DNA from: Octopus bimaculoides
Lineage: Eukaryota
Assembly (NCBI RefSeq): GCF_001194135.2
Contig: NC_068983.1
Location: 67,251,249-67,315,248, forward strand
Reading direction: 5' to 3'
Length of the DNA: 64,000 nt
Numbering within the stretch: the stretch's first letter is position 1; each line of letters starts with the position of its first letter. Of this stretch, positions 49,501-59,900 are shown piece after piece. Below the pieces are notes generated by a model that saw only the letters and a list, made by a program, of their open reading frames with translations, was not told the DNA's origin and ran no database searches. Position numbers and translations under genes: made by a program.

Positions 49501-52500
49501 CTGTGAATAATTCTACAATGAGTAAAAGTTATTCATTGTTTAAGAACAAAGTGTTTTCTCATTATTACCTCCACTGATACTTTCTAGGTGTGTATACAGC
49601 TAAAAATCTGCAGAGGTATTCAAGTATTGCTGACAGTTCACCACACACATACAGAACTGGAGAGAGCAAGATTATTTACAGTAAAATATACTACACTGCA
49701 TACTCAGAATGACAATAAATGTTGGCCTTTGTTTGAGCAGTGAAATCAGTGAGGCACAGCTACATCTACTTCATGCTGTCCACTGTTGTAATGAACAGCT
49801 ATTTGCCATTGGTATAAATTGTCCAAATAAATAATTAATTCTGGGATAGTCATTTTTATGAGGTTCCCTATTTTTATGAATTTGTGTATATGTTATGGAC
49901 TAATTAAACTATCATCTTTATTATTACCATCATCTCAATTTTGAAGAGTTTAGAATAGTATTAACATTTGGTTTATAGCAAAGTACAGTAGATTATATTT
50001 TCAAAACTATACAAAATATATAATAAAATATCTTTCAAAATATATAGCAATTAGAGTGAAATAGTTAAAATTAGTTTATTGTGCAAATTTGTGTTTTTAA
50101 AATATCTCGTATGATTTCTGTACGAGATTGGATTCTCAGTGAAAAGATCTTTTGAAATTTGAGCATTTCACCTATCACATAGAAAAGTTCTTAGTGAACA
50201 ATTCGCTAATATTAAGTTTTGCCCATGTTGACTTAATGAAATGAAAGATAAAACCATTTTCACTTTTGCTCATTTGCTTTTTATTTATATTCTGGGTTGA
50301 TTTTGTCTGCATTTCCCCTCATTCTTAATTTTACCTCATTGATCAAATTGTTTTTATTTTCAAAAAGATAAAACTGTTTTACATTGTTCATTCATTATTT
50401 TCTTTCTGCTGTGTGTTTGTTCTACTAGGATGAAGAACTCAGGGTATGTACTAACATTATTAACTGTTGCATAAAAACAGTGACATTCGCATGGATTTTA
50501 CTCTTTGTTTATCATTTTATTCTTTACCTCACTTATTAACCTCATGTGAAACCCATCGTTGACAGTTTATTTTTCTCTGCTTGTTTGCGGCTACATTTTA
50601 AGAACTGTCTTTCTAGCAATGTACTGCGCTGAGATTGTTTTTACTGCTGTGACTACTGTTGTGGCTGCCATGTTTAGTGTACTTTTAACATATAACATCA
50701 ACAATTAGAGCATTTCTTATTTGAAGTTTCATCTACATTAAGTACTTATAAAGAAATACCACCTTTTATCTCCTCTCACTTCTCTGGCTGTACTTGTCTT
50801 CATATATAAAATAGATTTCTTTCATTCAAAATGCTTTGTATTCATTAGAAATATGTTTGTGTGTCTTTTTTTTTTACTTTAAAAAGTAATAGAATAGTTG
50901 TCTCTTTTTTTTTTTCATTTCATCATTGTGGTGTCTAAGCATTTTTGATTTAGTTTTTTTTTTTTTTCTAATAAGAATAACTTTAAGATTTTGCCATTAA
51001 AGTTAGTTTTTATTTATAATTTTTGCCAATTTAATGCTAAATGTTTACTATTTGTAGGTGCCCTGTTTATTCAATACTTAATCTAATGACTTCTTGTTTA
51101 AAAGTTACTGAAATTATTATCAGAAGATAAGGTTGCTTTTATACTGACCTCTTAAAGAATACACATTTTTATTAACTTTTATAGAACTGTAATCTCAAAG
51201 CTGCCAATATGAATAGTTATAACATTTTAGATATAATATTTTAAATACAATTTAATGTTCATTACAATTATTGCCAAGATTTATCGCCAATAAAATAGAA
51301 TTAACAAGGTGTTAATCAGAAGAATTAGATTCAATATTCCTCTGTGGTATAATATTAAAAATCATATGCATTTTCAGTAATAGTGATTAGGGTTTGTATT
51401 TTTTTTTTTTTTTTTTTGAAACCATAATAAATTTACATTATTAGCTATTAAACTGATAAGAAAAATAACTTTAACATTGAAAAATGTCATTATGGATAAC
51501 TGATTTCTGTTGGAGATGTTTGCTATATGCTAATATATTATAGTATCAAACTACTAAATTTCTAACAAATGTAGATAGTAATTTGACAAGCATGAAAGTC
51601 TGATAGAATTTACATTTAGTAAATTTCAGCTTTATTACCCCATAAAAATTAAACTTTTCTTAAATTGTTGTCTTTTAGTTAATTTATATTGACATGGCAA
51701 AATTTATCTGCAAAGCTTGACATTAACTAAAATGTAGATGCTACTACACAACTATTAAGTTATTAAAAATATTAATAAGATACATAGGTTATTTTTTCTT
51801 TCATCATTTCATTTAATATTATGCATATTCTTTATAGGATTATTAAGATGTGTCATTACATTGTCTAATGCAGTATTTAGAAATTAAGAAGACTGTGAAA
51901 AGGCTATACATAATTTCCATTAAAATTTTTCAGAAAATTGAGCACCAAAACTCAATCTACAAAATCTGTATAAAAAATCTAATCTACTAACAAACTAACA
52001 ATTAGAAACTATCAAGCAGTTCTTAGTATAAGCATAAATCTAATCTACTAACAAAATAATAATTAGAAAAGGAGTTTTAATCTCAGTTGGTCAAAGTTTT
52101 TCGACCCACTATATTGGTTCTTGAGTATCTTACAGTTAAAATCTTAGAAGTCCTTTATTTGGATTTTATGTAGAATGTATTCAAGTCAATAATTTTAGTT
52201 AGAATGTACTCATTTAATTCACTACCACTTAAAGAAATGCATTGTTTCCACAATGTCCCACTTCACCCATCATATCATCATAATTATCACTATCATTATT
52301 CATGATTTAATTCTGATTTTCAATCTTGAGTAGTGTCATTTGCTGAATTTTTATAGCTGAAATCATTTTCTAAAGAGGTTTCCAATAACTCTTACCTTCA
52401 TATAATAGTTAGGTACATATTCAGCTACAGGTAACCACTACAGATTTCATTAAAAAATTAAGTTTCAGGGTAGTATGTTTTATTAAGGGACCAGATATGA

Positions 52501-53940
52501 AACCATCAAAGTCAGCAAAATATTCTTCAAAATAAAGTTTGGTTTGCTTATCTCAGTTATGATGATAAAATTCAGACAGATAAAAACAAACTAAATCATC
52601 ATGTATCCTCTTCTCTCCAAATCTACATCACCTTATTGAAAGCGCAATATGAATAAAATATGACTTCCTTTCATATTTAGATATGTGCTACTCTCCAAAA
52701 ATCATTCATGTGTTATGAAAAAGAGAATTATTTTGATGTTGAACCATAAGGTCAGCTCAATGGATTCTAAATATAAACACTTACACACACATATACAAAC
52801 AGTGAAAATCCTTCATATAATTTAAGTATTCTAGAGATCAGGAAACGTACAAAGTTAAATTAATCTTGATAGAATCAATATCCAAAACATGTGACCCCAA
52901 GCTTAAGTCAGCAAACTTATCTTAATTCTAAACTATATGTAAAAACTAACATATGTCTGTAAGTATAAATCATTAGTATAATGTTAGAAAGTCAATTTAA
53001 ACTTAATGTCTGTAATAATAGTGCTTAAGCATTATTGACAGCCAAAAGATTCTTTGAGTGTTAAAGATTAGTCATATTCTCTTTTTGCAATAACTGTTTA
53101 TGAATTTGAAAAGAAATTAGATAAATACGATTTTTAGAAGTTCAGATATTTAATAGATAAACTTCAGTTTAGCAGCTAGACTCTGGTTCAGCATTTAATC
53201 ATAATTGATATATTTAACAAAGAAACTATTTGTAAATTAGAAGCAACTTTTAATGGTCAACTGGGTGTCTATAACAATATTATTATGAATACAGTGTTAT
53301 AGTCTATCCTTACTATACTGAAATAATTCTGTCTTCAGTATTTGAGTTTTATAATCTGTTTCAAAGTATCATTAATTCTTTTTTCATTAGGTTACATCAT
53401 CATCCTCATTTAATATTTGTTTTCCGTGTTGGCATGTGTTGGAAGGTTTGAGAGGAGCTGGCAAAGCTAGAAGCCATACCAGGTTTCATTGCTTATTTTG
53501 GCATGGTTTCTACAGCTGGATACCCTTCCTAATGCCAACCGCTTAACCAGTGCTTCTTATGTGGCACCAGTACTGACAGAGTTGCCAAGTAACTTGCAGG
53601 ACAAAAATCTCTCAACTAGGAGGGAAGTAGTAGAATTGAGGGTGTATGGCTTTGTGCCAATTGAGAGATTTAAGGTATAGAAGGGGCTAATATAAATGTC
53701 TTGTAGAGAAGATATACGGATTCCTCAGTTGGAAAACAAAGCAGAGTGAGTTAGAGAGTCAGAAAGCCAGGGGATGTAGTATGTGCTTAATGAATTATAG
53801 ATATCCTTTCAAACTCATTTAGTTGCCCTTTTGTTAAAAATCAGATGAACTGTTTAACTTTTATCTCATGAAAATCTTAACCCTTGGATTACACAACCAT
53901 TGTTCTGACAATATACCAAAATAAGAGGTTGGATGAATAC

Positions 53941-53979
<39 letters not shown>

Positions 53980-56900
53980 AACACATCACCATAAAAAATT
54001 TCAATCATCATCAGAAATAAGAAATATGAAATGATACAAGATAACTATCTCGTTCATTCATTCTTTTATCACCATTTAAAATTCACTTTTCCATGTTTGC
54101 ATGGTTTAGACAAAATTTATTGAAACAGATTTTTCTACAGCTGGATGACCTTCCTGTCACCACTCATCACCAGTTTCTAAATAAGTAATATTTTCCCAAG
54201 GCTAGACATGGTTTTCATAGAAGACTGGAATGAACAATCCCATTAGTATGACAATGGTGCTCATTTACAACCGTCACATAGTGTCTAGTCATAGGTACAG
54301 GCAAACACACACATGCACATATATATGACAGGCTTCTTTCAGTTTCTGATTACCAAATCAGCTTTCAAGGCTTTGGTCAGCATGAAGCTGTAGTAGAAGA
54401 CACTTGCTCAAGGTGCCATGTAGTGGGACTGAACCTAAGATCACATGGTTGAGAAGCAAGCCTAAATCGCATCCATATTTAATTCAATGAAAAAAAAAGA
54501 AAAGAACATATCATCATTGTACTAAATATGGATATGCTAAACAAATCAGTAACCAAATATCTAGCCTTTCATTGTGAGAATAATTTCTAAACATATGTTA
54601 TTTTATCCTTTATATAAAAGCTAATGTTAGTTTTTGTGTAAAATTGGTTTCAAATTTTGGCACAAGGCCAGTCATTTCAGGGTAGGAGTAAGCCAATTAC
54701 ATCAGCCTCAGTGCTGAACTGGTACCTATTTAATCAACCTTGAAAGGATGAAAGGGAAAGCTGACCTCTGCAGAATTTGAGCTCAGAATGTAAATGCAGA
54801 TGAAATACTGCCAATCATTTTGCCCAGCATAACAAATGATTCTGCCAGCTCACCATCTTAGTTTTGCAAAATTTTACAAAATATTTTTTATTGTGTTGCA
54901 AATAAAAGACAATAAAATACAGAGAATTTTGATTGTTAGTATTTCTACAGTCTCTATTTTAATGTTTTCTCTTACCTTTTCACAAAGAAAACAACAAAGA
55001 TACCTTGCTTCAAATTTGTGAAGATAAATTTAATAATATTGACTCATTAAATACACAGTTGATATTCAGTGTACTTATGAAATATTAAATAGAATGTAGT
55101 ACTGGCAAGGTTGGAACAACGATTTTCCAATACTTTTGTAAAATCATGTTCTTCTATTAGATTGTTTAATTTCTTGAATGTGGCATTGCATATTCTTGTG
55201 ACTATATGCATTTATATGCAAATACTTATTTAGCTCTAAAATCAACTATCCAAAATCCATTATACAAATATGCACTTACAGACAATAACATATAATCTCT
55301 TCAGCAGAATAGCATTTTTAAAGGAACTAAGTGTTTTTATCAGCATTTCCCATCTTAAGAAAGTTGGAGGGAAGTTGTCTATTGAGTTAACAAGTAAGGT
55401 TAAAAACTATTTAACAGAGGAACTCAAATGTAAGAACTTAGGACTTAAATTCTGCAATACAGTACCCCTAGTTTTGTAAAGCAACAAAGAACTCATTGTT
55501 TCCAGACAAATGTCTAAAACCGGAAGAAAAGATCTAAGTATGTATATTCATAAACACCGGTGGAAATGGGTTTTAGGAACTAGTGGTAGGCCTGTGAGGT
55601 TAAAGTTGGGAATGTGGGCGTTAAATGCTCTATGAACTTATGAACTGATAATCACTGTTCACAAATGTATACACCACTGTGTATCTTCACAACACTTTAA
55701 GTACATATATATCTGGACATTTTTGTCTCAACAAATAAGAAATATCTTTAGAGTAATTAGGTTTGTCTTTTTCTTTTAGTTTTATTTTTTTTTTGTTTTC
55801 ATGTTCTTCTACCTCCTCATTGCCATCAATAATGATTCTGCCTTTCTTTTTGCACACAGCACCATTTTACTCACTGGGCTTCATAATTTAGGTTATACAA
55901 GTCACATGCTTTCGCAAGAGTTCACTTTACACTCAAACCTTTCTTAAATCAAAATTCACTTTTCCAAAAAGTGTTTTTCACCTATTTTTCTCTTCCACAC
56001 TTAAGATGAAAGATGAATCTTCTAAATTTAATTCATTTATCATTATCATTATACTCATTATTGTCTTGTATTGAAATAGTTGATAAAATGCATTATCTAT
56101 TCTTAATATAATTGTATATCTAATACTCTGAATTGAGAGGGAAATTTTCCCTCATTTATGATAATTGCAATGCTGCTCTTTGAGGAGGCTTTGAATTCTG
56201 TATAAGATTTACAATAGTGAGAAACATTTGTTCAATATTGCAAAGAAATACATTTAACTCCATTGTACCAATTTAGGCTATATAAAAAAAACATATATGC
56301 ATGACTAAGCATACTATCTGATGATATTTCAAACTTGGTAGCAACTAGAATATGCTTGCAATTCTTTTTTGGAAACATAGAAATAAGCTTCTAAAAAGTT
56401 TTATGTTAAATTAGCTAGTAATACTGACAAATATGAAATTTTCATTGAAATGTCCCTATATATTAAAATTGTGTGTGTATATATATGCACTACATGTATG
56501 CGTGTCTGTCAGTGTGTGTGTATGTAGAATTAGTTCGTGCAACAGTACTTATGTTTGAGATACACTCTGTTCAAAATGCATATAATTTGAAACTATATTA
56601 AGATAATTTCAAAAAAATACATTGTAAATAAGTAATTTTATTAAGTAATTTTTATGTCATTGTCTGTAGAAAATTGTCTCTTAAATTGAAAATGATATGG
56701 AATAAACTGAAGTAAAATAATCCAAGATTGCAAATATAAAGAACAATTGTTAAGTTTAACTTATTTCTAAATTTCCTGAACATTGTAACTTATTACATTT
56801 TTTTTTTACAATCTGATAAGGCTTATATGTGTTTTGTAGTGTGTCTATGACACACTCTTAAATTTAAGTTCATTAAATTTCACTAAAATGTTGAAAACAT

Positions 56901-59900
56901 ATTTCAAAAAAAAAATTAAAACCATTTAAAATGCTTTTAATTTATTGATTAACCCTTTCGTTACTATATTTCTGACCAAAATACACCCCTCATGAGTTTC
57001 AATTAAATTCTAAAATAATCATGAATTTAGACTTGTCTCATTAAACACCTGTAACTTTTTTATTTATCAACATATTAATGTGATATTTGGAACATAATTA
57101 AAGAAAGGGTTCTTAATCAATTCTATTGCATAATTTTTGTCTCAAAGTTCTCCACGTACTGGGAGGGGGGGGGGTACTGCTAGTGTCGCTCACATGTAAA
57201 TATTGGTTCAGCTTCACAAATCGTACTCGTTCATAATACTGGAAATATATTCATCGCCAAAAAGTTCCTGATCGCTCCAGTAATTTGTTATTCTGGGTAA
57301 CTATCAAATACCCATAATAATATTTATGGCAAAAAATGCCCGTATTTCATCTACAGTTGCAGGAAACCGCAAGCTATCTTTTTTTTCTGGTTTGTTTACA
57401 TTGTGCGTAACGGTTTGTTTCCGCAGTAATCATTTCAAACAAGCATGAAAAAGAAGTCTAAAGGTTTCGCTTCCTGAGAAAGACTATGAGTAGATGCTGT
57501 TTCCTCAGAAAAATTGTTAATAAAAACGTTTTTTTAAGTTTTTACTCCATTCTGGTGTAATATCATCATCGCTATCGCCGTCGTTGCTTTCAGAATCGCT
57601 GATTTCAGTTTCGGATACAGAAATATCCGATTTATTATCGTTCATCCCGTGCTTTTGTAGCTCATTCATTCTTTTCTTCGATGTCTCCATATCTTCTGTT
57701 GAAAAACCTTCAAATTCGGAATCACTGCTTGATAGCATGTAACTCCTCTCCATCTTCAAAGTTGAAAAAAATTAACGCCGCAAAAAATGTGGAAAAAAAT
57801 CTTCCAAAATTCACTGAGTTCAAATATCACGCGAAACAATGTCGGAGACAATAACTTAACTGTTTGCAAAGTAAAATCAGGTGTTTTAACGAATGTACTA
57901 ACGAGATTTGGGTTCAAATATACATTTAAATAACAATGGGTACGCTCGGCCGGCTACGGCCGGGTTAGTCTTATGAACCAAAAAATTTTTCGGCCGGCTT
58001 AGTAACGAAAGGGTTAATGCTTAGGTGTCATTCTAGGAAAACTGAAGAGAGATATTGAGTAGGTCTTTATGCCATCATAGGATAATTTTTGAAAGGTTGT
58101 CAATTTGCAGTTAGTCAATTGTGTCACTGGAAAAATGAAGGCAATGCAACAAAAGCTATTTGATTAGCAGAAAGGAACTGATGTCAAAGTTTTCATTAAT
58201 CATGATCTATTATCTCTCTGTTACAGTGACTATATTAAAAAATCTTAGGATTGTTTACACTTTAGCTAACTTTTAAAAGCTATAGAAGAGATAAGTCTTT
58301 ACTACCCATTACTTATGCTATGCCTTCAAAGAGAAGAAATTTCAATTCTCATTTCTTTTGCATGTTAGTCAATTGATAGATTTATCATCATCATCATCAT
58401 AATTTTTATCATCATTTTAGTNNNNNNNNNNNNNNNNNNNNNNNNNNNNNNNNNNNNNNNNNNNNNNNNNNNNNNNNNNNNNNNNNNNNNNNNNNNNNNN
58501 NNNNNNNNNNNNNNNNNNNNNNNNNNNNNNNNNNNNNNNNNNNNNNNNNNNNNNNNNNNNNNNNNNNNNNNNNNNNNNNNNNNNNNNNNNNNGAATATAC
58601 ATTTTTTCGATGAGTCATTAAAATATTATCTGTGCTATTAACAGGAACAATATTTATGCACCTCTTTTTACACAAAATCACACTTGCACAATCTAAATAA
58701 GTAATTACACACAAATATTACTTCACAAAAAACATATATGTATGTAATTCATGTATACATCTGTATTGTGTAGGTTGTTTGTCATCTCATGTATATAAAA
58801 CATAGCCAACCAAAGGCCTGAATAATTAGAAAGAACAAAGATTTTTTCAAATATGTTGCTTTTGTTTTCTATTACAGCGTGTTCTGTTTTCTCTGGGTGG
58901 CTCTTTTCTGTATTATGCCAACCATTTCAAGGTGTACAGTTCCTTCTGTGCTAGTCATTCAAGGTCAGCCAAATATTTGGACAGGAACAATTTGATCAAC
59001 TATTCAAAAATGTACTTAAGTACTAAAGTGGCTTGTTAAATTTTATGGTGGAGGAAAGTCCAACCTTATTTATTGACCAGAATGTACTGGCTTACCAACA
59101 GACTAATTACCTCAGACAACTAAAGTAAAAGTTGTTCAGAAAAATATTGTCTATTGATATTCAATATTGCTGAAATAGTTTGTATTTATAAAGGACAGTA
59201 TCAAAGAGGAAATTTTAAACATGTCTCTCTCATAGCTATCAGATATTCAGATATTTCATGGCTCAGTCCTTCTTTCTCTTGTTGTTTTGCTAACTGTTAT
59301 TCTCGTAGTTTCAAAACAACATACTGAAAAGAGGAATATAGTTAGTAAAAGAACATCCTCTTGATTAATTAACTTCTATTTGAAACATCAGACATTTCTG
59401 TCCTTGGCTCTAAGAATTTGTAACTTGCCTTTGATATTTTTTCACATCATAGGATAATTTTTGAAAGGTTGTCAATTTGCAGTTAGTCAATTGTNNNNNN
59501 NNNNNNNNNNNNNNNNNNNNNNNNNNNNNNNNNNNNNNNNNNNNNNNNNNNNNNNNNNNNNNNNNNNNNNNNNNNNNNNNNNNNNNNNNNNNNNGCCAAC
59601 CATTTCAAGGTGTACAGTTCCTTCTGTGCTAGTCATTCAAGGTCGCAAAAGATCCTCAACCCAGGTAAGTGATGGATATTGTGAGATAATTTGAAAGATT
59701 ACTCCACTTCAACATATGTATATGCTTTACCATATACTCATAACACACGTTTATATAATTATATATGATATACATGTACTGCTTTAAATCTACTTAAAGC
59801 ACACTATACATATATGTGTTCTGTAACATTCATTAGTCTCACAATACCATTGGATTTGTCCAAATTCAACCTCTCCTACTATCACCTTTATTACAAGCCA

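Noticed and set aside
49588-49615. ttctag...gag|gtattc mini-exon
   Set aside because: 28 nt (frameshifting) with a weak donor.
57517-57759. Acidic ORF as an independent gene
   Set aside because: It is the N-terminus of the frameshifted piggyBac transposase relic.
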